Of a stretch of 64,000 nucleotides of DNA, positions 1 to 6,943 are shown in pieces. The translations under genes and the position numbers were made by a program. The notes beneath the pieces were generated by a model that ran no database searches, had not been told where the DNA came from, and worked only from the letters and a program-made list of their open reading frames with translations. The stretch is from positions 265,743-329,742 of the forward strand of contig DJLZ01000005.1 in NCBI GenBank assembly GCA_002436405.1, in the 5' to 3' direction. Within the stretch, counting starts at the first letter, position 1; every line of letters starts with the position of its first letter. Source of the stretch: Proteobacteria bacterium UBA6503 (GTDB lineage Bacteria > Pseudomonadota > Alphaproteobacteria > UBA1280 > UBA6503).

Positions 1-1
1 C

Positions 2-439
2 GATGCCTACCACCTAAGCTCACCAGACCCTGACCACAAAGGTTCAGAGGCTGCAATGCGCATGGCACTTCAGCAAGCGGGTATTGATGCTTCAGAGGTT
101 GGCTACGTAAACGCCCACGCAACATCAACCCCAGCGGGTGACGAGATTGAATCAAAAGCGATTGAATCAGTATTTGGCCCTAACGTTTTGGTTTCAGCGA
201 CCAAGTCAATGTCAGGCCACTTGCTAGGTGCTGCTGGCGGTTTTGAAGCTGCTATTAGTATTATGGCTATGCGTGAGGGTATCCTACCGCCAACCATTAA
301 CCTTGATAACCTGAGCGAGTCTTGCAACCTTGACTACATTGCAAACACAGCCCGCGAGGTGAAGGTTGATAACATTCTATCTAACTCGTTTGGCTTTGGT
401 GGTACCAACGCTGCGCTTGTGTTCGGTAAAGCAGAATAG
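2..439 (+). CDS. fabF: 3-oxoacyl-ACP synthase II (FabF), C-terminal fragment truncated by the window start
   Basis: The ORF is open to the window edge. The C-terminal KAS motifs are present (NAHATSTPAGD, SATKSMSGHLLGAAG, SNSFGFGGTNAALVFGK). The fabF-mltG-gmk order is conserved. Confidence 0.8.
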   Translation, partial: DAYHLSSPDPDHKGSEAAMRMALQQAGIDASEVGYVNAHATSTPAGDEIESKAIESVFGPNVLVSATKSMSGHLLGAAGGFEAAISIMAMREGILPPTINLDNLSESCNLDYIANTAREVKVDNILSNSFGFGGTNAALVFGKAE

Positions 440-451
440 GGGCCACGTAAG

Positions 452-1447
452 ATGACAAGCCAAGGTATCATGAAATTCATTATCATTTTTATGTTGGCTG
501 TTGCGGCCGTATGGGGTGGTTTTACTTACTGGATGCAATCACTTAAAGCTACAGGGCCATTGCAGTTCCCTGCGGTTATTGTTATTGAACCAGGCGAAAG
601 CACTCGCAGCATTGCTAAAGACTTGCATGACAATGGCGTGATTGAAAGCGAATTTGTTTTCCGTCTAGCGGCCCGCGCAAGCTTGGCTGACCGTATTGTA
701 AAAGCAGGCGAATACAGCTTTGAACCGGGTGTTTCAGTACGTGGGGTTCTTAAAAAAATTACAGGCGGTGACGTTGTTCAACGCAGTATTACAATCCCTG
801 AAGGTTTGACCTACCAACAAGTGCGCCAAGTGCTACTTGATGAAGAAGGTATGCGTGGCCCACCACTTGAGTTTGAAGAAGGCGCACTCCTGCCTGAAAC
901 TTACGACTACCGCTGGAATGATAAACGCACCGACATCATGCGCCGTATGGCTCGTGCGATGACTGAAACTGTGAACATCGCATGGGAAAACCGCATTGAA
1001 GGCCTACCGTTTGAATCACCACGTGATTTGCTAACGATTGCCTCAATTATTGAAAAAGAAACACGTGTTCCAGCTGAATACCCATTGGTTGCAAGTGTTT
1101 ACATTAACCGCCTAAACCGCGGCATGCGCCTGCAGTCAGATCCTACAGTTATTTACGGTGCTTCAAACTACACGGGCGACATTACCTACGCCCACCTTAA
1201 AGAAGACCACCCGTACAACACTTACGTTCATAAAGGCCTACCGCCAAGCCCAATCGCAAACCCTGGCCGTGGTGCGATTATGGCTGCAGCAGCACCAGCA
1301 GATACTGATTACCTATATATGGTTGCTGATGGTTTTGGTGGGCATGTTTTCTCAAAAACTTATGCAGAACACAAAATTCATGTGGCAGCTATGCTTGCCC
1401 GTCAGAAAGAATTGCAAAAAGAACTAAGAACCGAAGGGAACAACTAA
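452..1447 (+). CDS. mltG: Endolytic murein transglycosylase MltG (YceG family)
   Basis: 331 aa with an N-terminal TM helix followed by a YceG-like domain. It sits immediately after fabF as in other proteobacteria. Confidence 0.8.
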   Translation: MTSQGIMKFIIIFMLAVAAVWGGFTYWMQSLKATGPLQFPAVIVIEPGESTRSIAKDLHDNGVIESEFVFRLAARASLADRIVKAGEYSFEPGVSVRGVLKKITGGDVVQRSITIPEGLTYQQVRQVLLDEEGMRGPPLEFEEGALLPETYDYRWNDKRTDIMRRMARAMTETVNIAWENRIEGLPFESPRDLLTIASIIEKETRVPAEYPLVASVYINRLNRGMRLQSDPTVIYGASNYTGDITYAHLKEDHPYNTYVHKGLPPSPIANPGRGAIMAAAAPADTDYLYMVADGFGGHVFSKTYAEHKIHVAAMLARQKELQKELRTEGNN

Positions 1448-2121
1448 TGGAAAAGAGAGACCTACACCAACGCGGTATGATGCTTGTAATTTCAGGCCCA
1501 TCTGGCTGCGGTAAAGATACAGTTGCTGACCTTCTTGGCAAAGATGAGCCTTTTATTGAGCGCACAATTACCACAACAAGCCGCTCGATGCGCCCAGGCG
1601 AGCAAGACGGTGTGGACTACAACTACGTGACCCGTGAAGAGTTTGAAGACCAAATCACTGAAGGTCACTTCCTTGAGTACAACGAATTTGTGGGTAACTA
1701 CTACGGTGTACCTCGTGGCCCAGTTGAAAAGAAATTGTCTGAAGGTAAAGATGTTATCTTCGTTATCGACTGGAACGGCGCACGTAAACTGCGTATGGCG
1801 ATGCCAGAAGATGTTGTAAGTGTATTCCTTCTACCGCCATCACTTGATGATCTGCGTGAGCGTTTGGTTTCTCGTGGTCGTGATGCGCAAGACGATATCG
1901 AAAACCGTATTAAACAAGGCAAGATTGATATTACCCACTACGACGAGTATGACTTTGTTGTTGTGAACGACGATCTTGATAGTGTGCTGCGTCGCTTTAA
2001 GCGTATTCTGCGTGCTGAGCGTCTTAAGCGCTACCGCCAGCCTTGGCTGAAAGACCTTGTGCAAGATATTCTGAAAGGCCATAAGCCTTCGCCAGAAATT
2101 ATGAAGGCCGCCTCAGAGTAG
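1447..2121 (+). CDS. gmk: Guanylate kinase
   Basis: P-loop GPSGCGKDT and guanylate kinase core motifs. The start overlaps the mltG stop (ATGA), suggesting coupling. Confidence 0.85.
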   Translation: MEKRDLHQRGMMLVISGPSGCGKDTVADLLGKDEPFIERTITTTSRSMRPGEQDGVDYNYVTREEFEDQITEGHFLEYNEFVGNYYGVPRGPVEKKLSEGKDVIFVIDWNGARKLRMAMPEDVVSVFLLPPSLDDLRERLVSRGRDAQDDIENRIKQGKIDITHYDEYDFVVVNDDLDSVLRRFKRILRAERLKRYRQPWLKDLVQDILKGHKPSPEIMKAASE

Positions 2122-2143
2122 TTTTTATAATAATCGCATTAAA

Positions 2144-2172
2144 AAACGCCCCAGCAAAACTGGGGCGTTTGT
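2144..2172. terminator. Rho-independent terminator between convergent gmk (+) and the EEP-family gene (-)
   Basis: GC stem acgcccca...tggggcgt followed by a T-rich tail. Confidence 0.5.
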
Positions 2173-2187
2173 CGTTAAAAAGGACCG

Positions 2188-3126
2188 TTAAAAGCTAAAG
2201 CTTACCTGATAACCATAATGGTCAGTGTCAGGCGCGCGCAAAGCACTGGCTTTATGCACAGTTGCCTTTTGGGGCAACAGCACAAAGTCAAACGGTGCTA
2301 CGGGCAGCAGCTTAAGGCGTACGCCCAAAAGGCGGAACTCAGCCGGCAAGGTTGCTTTGGGCAACGATGCGAGCTTCAAACCTTGAGCTTTGCTCACTTT
2401 GCGCACATGAACATCCCACGGCACGTTGTTAAAGTCGCCGCCAACCACAATGGGGTAGGGCGTCTTCACATCGCAAATCAGGTCCGTAATCGCATTGCGC
2501 TTATCGGTCCGTTGCGGCGTAAACGGCGCATGAGGGTGCAAGTGAACAAAATGGAAGGTACCATTCGGGTGGTAAACCTCGTAGTGCACCATGCGCCCAT
2601 TGGCATCAGTCTTCACGTGCTTTAGCGGCACTTTTGACAATATAGCCATGCTATAACCCAACACACTGTCGGTAATGCGAACCACATATTGGTGCGGGTA
2701 CATACTTTTCAGCTGTGCAAAGGCCTTGCGCATTTTGTTGTTCACTTCACAAAGGGCGAGAACATCGGCCTTTTGCTTTTTCAGAAAATTCACCTGTGCG
2801 GTCACGTCTTTATTGTAGGTATAGACGTTCAGCAACAGCATATTGATGTTTGGCTTGTTGTTGGGGTTTCCTTTGGGCTTTTCAGCATTCACGAAAACCT
2901 TAAAAGCAGGCCAATGTTTTGCCAAGGGGGCAAGTTTACGGCGCCATTTGGGCTGATGGATACCAGCTTTATAGAGGCACATAAACAAAATACCACGCCA
3001 CGGCGTCATAAGGGCGATTGCGGTGAACAGCAGTAGCCAATAGGGCGAACCTGGCAGCGAGAGCACAAGGCCCAGCAACCAGATAACTGCGCAAACCAAC
3101 GACACACCCAAGCGGATGTAGTGCAT
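2188..3126 (-). CDS. Endonuclease/exonuclease/phosphatase (EEP) family protein with N-terminal TM helices
   Basis: 312 aa with a hydrophobic N-terminus. The C-terminal half has an EEP-like pattern (GGDFN, histidine-rich catalytic region). Confidence 0.5.
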   Translation of the reverse strand: MHYIRLGVSLVCAVIWLLGLVLSLPGSPYWLLLFTAIALMTPWRGILFMCLYKAGIHQPKWRRKLAPLAKHWPAFKVFVNAEKPKGNPNNKPNINMLLLNVYTYNKDVTAQVNFLKKQKADVLALCEVNNKMRKAFAQLKSMYPHQYVVRITDSVLGYSMAILSKVPLKHVKTDANGRMVHYEVYHPNGTFHFVHLHPHAPFTPQRTDKRNAITDLICDVKTPYPIVVGGDFNNVPWDVHVRKVSKAQGLKLASLPKATLPAEFRLLGVRLKLLPVAPFDFVLLPQKATVHKASALRAPDTDHYGYQVSFSF

Positions 3127-3369
3127 AGTTTCACCTTAGGTTAGAGGGAAAGAAAGAAAAGGATATAAGATAGTTGCTTTAAGCCTGAGGATACCTGAAT
3201 CCATGTTAAAGCCCAAGCCTAATCCCGAACATAAATAAAAAATCTTTTAGAATCACGAGCTTGTAAATACAAAGAAAATTAAAAAAAATGCAAAAAAATC
3301 AATTTTTTCCTTTGAAGTAGCGTAAAAACTACCTATCTTTAAAAGTACGAGAAATCTTTTCCGTAACAT

Positions 3370-3417
3370 CTTACTTTCTTTTTCCCTTTTCTTTTTTTTC
3401 CTCCAAGGAGAATACCT
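3370..3417 (+). promoter_or_regulatory. Polypyrimidine (CT-rich) 5' leader with AAGGAG RBS in front of the ClpP-fold gene
   Basis: The sequence cttactttctttttcccttttcttttttttcctccAAGGAG lies 7 nt upstream of the ATG at 3418. A near-identical architecture recurs at 4717-4773. Confidence 0.4.
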
Positions 3418-4524
3418 ATGTTTACTGATAACCTCCCGCAGCCGACGACGCTGGAAGAGGCCGAGAAGGCATTCACCGATGCGGTGAACGCTTACCACAT
3501 CACCATTCCCGATGATTCGCATGGTGGCCGTGGCTTCGCTCTTCCCTCGATCATGTTCAAGCACCGCATCCTGTACCTGCACGGTCCTGTTACCCAGGAA
3601 GCCGTTCAGGCGCTCTGCATGCAGCTGCACTACCTGTGCAGTGAACCGGTGCTCAAGCAGCCGAACCGTTCGCGTCGCATCACGCTGTACGTGAACAGCC
3701 CTGGTGGTCTGGTGGGTGAGGGTCTGACCCTTTTCTACTACCTCCGTCAGGCGGAAGAAATCACCCGTGAACCGGTCGCCACCGTCATCCAGACGATGGG
3801 CGCCTCCATGGGTTCGTTCCTCCCGCAGGCGGCTACGCCTGGTTACCGGCTGATGATGCCGTATTCGCAGATGATGATTCACTCGCTCTCGTACGGTGTA
3901 CAGGGCAAGCGTGAAGATCACACTCGTAGTGTGGGCCAGACCCGCAATATGATGGCTGCGATGTACGAAGTCTACGTCGACAAGATGGCTGAAGCGCGCG
4001 TGCTCTTCGGCGGCAAGGAAGACACCCCGGAACTCCGTGGTGAAATCCTTCGCTGGCTGTTCGAGCAGATGGAAGACGACGATGTTTTCATGTCGCCTCT
4101 CCAGACGCTCGATGCCGATCTGACCGACTTCGTCGTGCACTCCGAGGCCGAGCAGTTCGAGTACTACAAGGCACTCGACTGGTACCACGGTCTGTACAAG
4201 GAAGGCCCGAATCCGGAAGAACCCGGCAAGACGACCCTGATTCGTGCGGAAGCCGATCAGCAGTCTGGCCGTGTGACGCCGTTCGAGCTCAGCGATGCTG
4301 AGAAGGCCCGTGCCCTCGCCGAGATCAAGCGCTTGCGCAAGATCAACCGTGAGAAGACGGTCGCTTTCGAAGGTCGCCGTGCACCGATCGAAGCTGCTCT
4401 GGCTGCTCTCGATACGGTTCGTATCCAGGAAGGCACCGGCACCCGTAAGGGTAACGGTCCGGCCTATGATACGGCTATCGAAGCGTTCGAAGCCGCTCTG
4501 AAGGGTTCGTCCAAGAAGAGCTAA
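3418..4524 (+). CDS. ClpP-fold (S14-like) serine peptidase with about 170-aa C-terminal coiled/acidic extension; compositionally foreign
   Basis: The ClpP core is recognisable: LYVNSPGG..GL (compare INSPGG), a GASMGSF serine motif, and a MMIHSLS histidine motif. The CDS is GC-rich with CTG/CCG/CGT/ACC/ATC-biased codons, unlike the flanking genes. Confidence 0.6.
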   Translation: MFTDNLPQPTTLEEAEKAFTDAVNAYHITIPDDSHGGRGFALPSIMFKHRILYLHGPVTQEAVQALCMQLHYLCSEPVLKQPNRSRRITLYVNSPGGLVGEGLTLFYYLRQAEEITREPVATVIQTMGASMGSFLPQAATPGYRLMMPYSQMMIHSLSYGVQGKREDHTRSVGQTRNMMAAMYEVYVDKMAEARVLFGGKEDTPELRGEILRWLFEQMEDDDVFMSPLQTLDADLTDFVVHSEAEQFEYYKALDWYHGLYKEGPNPEEPGKTTLIRAEADQQSGRVTPFELSDAEKARALAEIKRLRKINREKTVAFEGRRAPIEAALAALDTVRIQEGTGTRKGNGPAYDTAIEAFEAALKGSSKKS

Positions 4525-4538
4525 TAGCGAAAACGGAA

Positions 4539-4569
4539 AGCCGCCCCATTAGGGGCGGCTTTCTTTTTG
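4539..4569 (+). terminator. Rho-independent terminator after the ClpP-fold gene
   Basis: agccgcccc-atta-ggggcggct followed by ttctttttg. Confidence 0.6.
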
Positions 4570-4716
4570 CCTAAATAGGGGGGATTTAAAGGGCTTAACC
4601 TAGTGCGGCATATGCATGGATTTTCGGAATAAATATCGAATTTAATTAAAGTTTTAGCCCAAAAAGGCTTGGTCAATTGGCTTGATTTGGGGTAATGTGT
4701 ATACCAATTGTGTAGA

Positions 4717-4773
4717 TTTTCTTCTTTTTCTTTTTTTCTTTCCTCTTTTTACTTACATGCCTAGGAGTTTCTT
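4717..4773 (+). promoter_or_regulatory. Second polypyrimidine leader with TAGGAG RBS in front of the acidic/vWA gene
   Basis: ttttcttctttttctttttttctttcctctttttacttacatgccTAGGAG, then ATG at 4774. Confidence 0.4.
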
Positions 4774-6564
4774 ATGGCAAATCCCAATCAAGAGGCACTG
4801 AACCAGGTGCGTGCGCTTTTGCGTGCGTATGTTCGGTTTGGCGCCAGTATCATGGTCGACACCGAAGGTGTCGTTCCTGCTGAACTGTACCTTGTGTTGC
4901 AGCAGGTCCTGGGTATCGAACCCGGCCAGCCGCTTCCCAAGGAAATCATGGACGTGCTTCATGCACACGCCAAGTCGCTTGCTCAAGTTGAGTCAAGCCT
5001 TTCCGAAATGGAACGCAAAGAGCTTGAAGCTTTCTGGAACCGCCTGAAGGCGGCCAAAAACCAGAAGCAGCTCGAAGCCGCCGAAGATACGAAAGCCGAT
5101 ATGAGCCCCAATGCTCAGAAGGCTGTCGATCTGCAGCGTCGTCTGCGCCAGAGCATTGCAACGCAATTGCTTGATGCGTGGAAGGCGAAGAATGATCCTG
5201 AAGAGTCCGAAGAGGACCAGCAGGACGAAGGCGGTGATGACGATCAGCACTCCGATGCTCAGGACATGGACGAACCCTCTGAAGACGAAGCCGACGGCCA
5301 AGATGGCGAAGGCGACGACGAAGGGGACGACAAGTCTGACGGCTCCGGCGGCGGCGAAGGTGATGACGATGGCGAAAGCGATGGTCAGGGCCAGGACGGC
5401 GACGGTGAAGGTGAACCTGGCGAAGGTCAGGGGCAACCCGGAGATGGCAAAGGCCAGCCCAGCGATGGGAAGGGTCAGCCTGGTGATGGCAAAGGCGAAC
5501 CTGGCGAAGGCCAAGGTGAAGCCGGCAAGGGTGAAGGTCAGGGGCAGCCCTCCGATGGTGAATACCAGGAGAGCAACGCTGCCGAAGACAAACAGCCCGG
5601 CCATGACGAATGGATGGAACAGCTCCAGAAGGAGCTGGAAGAGCAGGCGCAAGCCGAAGCTGAAGCCGAGGCTGAAGCCGAAGGTGAAGGCGACGGTGAC
5701 GGCGAAGGCGATGGTGAAGGCGATGGTAAGGGTGAAACCGATACCACCGACCCCAACCGTAGCAAGGATGTTGAAGGTGTCTTTGACCTTTCGAACCTTG
5801 TGCCCGACCCGGCAGACGTCAACGCTGCAAAGCAGGCTCTGTCTCGGATGATTGCAAAGGGTCTCGATAACCCCACGCAGCTTCCGCGCTGGAAACTTGG
5901 CGAGTTCGTCAAGCGCCAGACCACGCTTCGTAACCTGAAGGGTGCAAAAAAGCCTACGCTGGAACGGAAAGCGGTGATGTTCATCATCGATAACTCGCCC
6001 AGTATGGCTCACTTGCAGGCTCAGTCGCGCGCCCTTGCGGCCGCACTGTCCGCCACCGGTGGTCCCGCAGGGGCCGACGTTGTGGTTGCCCTCAGCTTTA
6101 ACGGTCACTACAGCGACTCCAAGCCCCTGACTGAGAAAAATCAGGATGGTGCGTGGTTCCTTAACGGGAAGCTGATGGGGCAGTTGCCGAAGCCCAGTAA
6201 GTCCAGCGGTGTTGATGAAAAACACCATGGTAACTGCTGGAAGTGGTTCATCCAAAAAGTCTTGCCCAAGTACAAGGTGAATGTCCATCTGATCGGCATT
6301 TACGGCGACTACGACGGGACCAAGGAATGGTGCTACATCTCGAACGAGATGAAAGGCATTCAGACCCTCTGGTTTAACCCGGAAAACAAGGAGCTGGAAG
6401 GCGTTCTCGAACGCAAAAACCCCAACTTCTCTGAACGTTTGGGTTCCAGCTACGGTTACGTCAAAGGTGACCGTCGCTTTGAGCTTTTCCGAGGCACGTT
6501 CTTCACGCAAGTGGATACTGTCCAGGATATTGCCCAGGCCCTTCGTAAGGTCGCAGGCGTATAA
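4774..6564 (+). CDS. Large acidic low-complexity protein with C-terminal vWA-like domain; compositionally foreign
   Basis: 596 aa. The N-terminus is helical, residues about 140-330 are D/E/G-rich heptad-like repeats (DGKGQPG units, EAEAEA, GDGEGD), and the C-terminal block VMFIIDNSPSM (DxSxS MIDAS-like) ... VVVALSF ... VHLIGIYGD fits a vWA fold. GC and codon usage match the upstream ClpP-fold gene. Confidence 0.5.
   Translation: MANPNQEALNQVRALLRAYVRFGASIMVDTEGVVPAELYLVLQQVLGIEPGQPLPKEIMDVLHAHAKSLAQVESSLSEMERKELEAFWNRLKAAKNQKQLEAAEDTKADMSPNAQKAVDLQRRLRQSIATQLLDAWKAKNDPEESEEDQQDEGGDDDQHSDAQDMDEPSEDEADGQDGEGDDEGDDKSDGSGGGEGDDDGESDGQGQDGDGEGEPGEGQGQPGDGKGQPSDGKGQPGDGKGEPGEGQGEAGKGEGQGQPSDGEYQESNAAEDKQPGHDEWMEQLQKELEEQAQAEAEAEAEAEGEGDGDGEGDGEGDGKGETDTTDPNRSKDVEGVFDLSNLVPDPADVNAAKQALSRMIAKGLDNPTQLPRWKLGEFVKRQTTLRNLKGAKKPTLERKAVMFIIDNSPSMAHLQAQSRALAAALSATGGPAGADVVVALSFNGHYSDSKPLTEKNQDGAWFLNGKLMGQLPKPSKSSGVDEKHHGNCWKWFIQKVLPKYKVNVHLIGIYGDYDGTKEWCYISNEMKGIQTLWFNPENKELEGVLERKNPNFSERLGSSYGYVKGDRRFELFRGTFFTQVDTVQDIAQALRKVAGV
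5408..5563 (+). repeat. Imperfect 21-bp tandem repeats encoding DGKGQPG-type heptads
   Basis: cagcccagcgatgggaagggt / cagcctggtgatggcaaaggc / gaacctggcgaaggccaaggt and related units in tandem. Confidence 0.6.
5653..5736 (+). repeat. 6-bp tandem repeats (gccgaa/gctgaa then ggYgaM) encoding (EA)n and (GD/GE)n
   Basis: Direct reading of the sequence. Confidence 0.6.
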
Positions 6565-6579
6565 ACCATTAACGACTAA

Positions 6580-6607
6580 GGCCCCCAGCAATGGGGGCCT
6601 TTTTTTG
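6580..6607 (+). terminator. Rho-independent terminator after the acidic/vWA gene
   Basis: ggccccc-agcaat-gggggcc followed by tttttttg. Confidence 0.6.
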
Positions 6608-6719
6608 TGCTTAAACCTTGGGAAGTCTAAAATTTAGGCAGTTTAGATAAATAAAATGATAAAAACCTCATTTTTGCTATTGCAATGCGGTGCGGTTTTG
6701 GCTAAAAATACATCTCGTT

Positions 6720-6795
6720 GCGGGTGTAGCTCAGTTGGTAGAGCGCAACCTTGCCATGGTTGAGGTCGAGAGTTCGAGTCTCTTCACCCGCTCCA
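6720..6795 (+). tRNA. tRNA-Gly (anticodon GCC)
   Basis: GCGGGTG acceptor stem with CACCCGC-T-CCA at the 3' end. The anticodon stem-loop caacc-TTGCCAT-ggttg gives anticodon GCC. The T arm has GTTCGAGTC. Confidence 0.9.
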
Positions 6796-6800
6796 AATAA

Positions 6801-6836
6801 AAGCCCTTTGCTTAGCAGAGGGCTTTTATTTTTGCC
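6801..6836 (+). terminator. Terminator downstream of tRNA-Gly
   Basis: aaagccctttgc-ttag-cagagggcttt followed by tattttt. Confidence 0.5.
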
Positions 6837-6943
6837 GAATGTCTTAATATTCCTTCAAACTGCCCAGTTAAAGTACACCTCGGCTTGTGCCACCCCCTAT
6901 AAAGAACTAAGATATTTGCAAAAGAACAAAGGCAATAGCTCAT

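Noticed and set aside
1158-1427. Numerous 60-140-aa ORFs nested inside or antisense to well-supported genes (e.g. 1158-1427, 2218-2625, 8827-9033, 21812-22099, 42669-43211, 47986-48492)
   Set aside because: They lie in alternative frames of CDSs with strong family motifs, lack independent RBS or start context and have low-complexity translations. They are treated as spurious.
3253-4188. 311-aa minus-strand ORF overlapping the ClpP-fold gene
   Set aside because: It is antisense to a CDS with clear ClpP motifs and has an R/H-rich low-complexity translation typical of GC-rich antisense frames.
4600-4770. Restriction-site-like strings (CATATGCATGG, CCTAGG, CCAAGG) near the island gene starts, hinting at an engineered insert
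   Set aside because: Short palindromes occur by chance. CCWWGG here coincides with the RBS context. There are no vector backbone sequences, and the terminators and intergenic DNA are host-like. This is insufficient to call a synthetic construct, though codon usage should be checked.
5400-5740. Tandem DNA repeats considered as a possible CRISPR-like or minisatellite array
   Set aside because: The units are in-frame coding repeats (21 bp and 6 bp) without spacers or cas genes. They are protein low-complexity repeats, not CRISPR.
5111-5851. 246-aa + strand ORF in an alternative frame of the acidic repeat region (K/A/T/M-rich translation)
   Set aside because: It is a frame-shifted reading of the same tandem repeats and lies wholly inside the longer, better-supported 4774-6564 frame.
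4993-6591. 532-aa minus-strand ORF antisense to the acidic/vWA gene, translating to F/L/A/V/T-rich hydrophobic repeats
   Set aside because: It is the complement of GAA/GAC/GGC-rich coding repeats. It has no RBS or start context, whereas the + strand frame has TAGGAG-ATG and a recognisable vWA-like C-terminus. This is a typical GC-rich antisense artefact.
3130-6720. Island bounded by a direct repeat of the tRNA-Gly 3' end (classic tRNA-integrated genomic island)
   Set aside because: The island lies 5' of the tRNA rather than 3'. I could not find a convincing copy of the tRNA-Gly terminal segment at the left boundary, and no integrase is present. An integration mechanism is therefore not supported.
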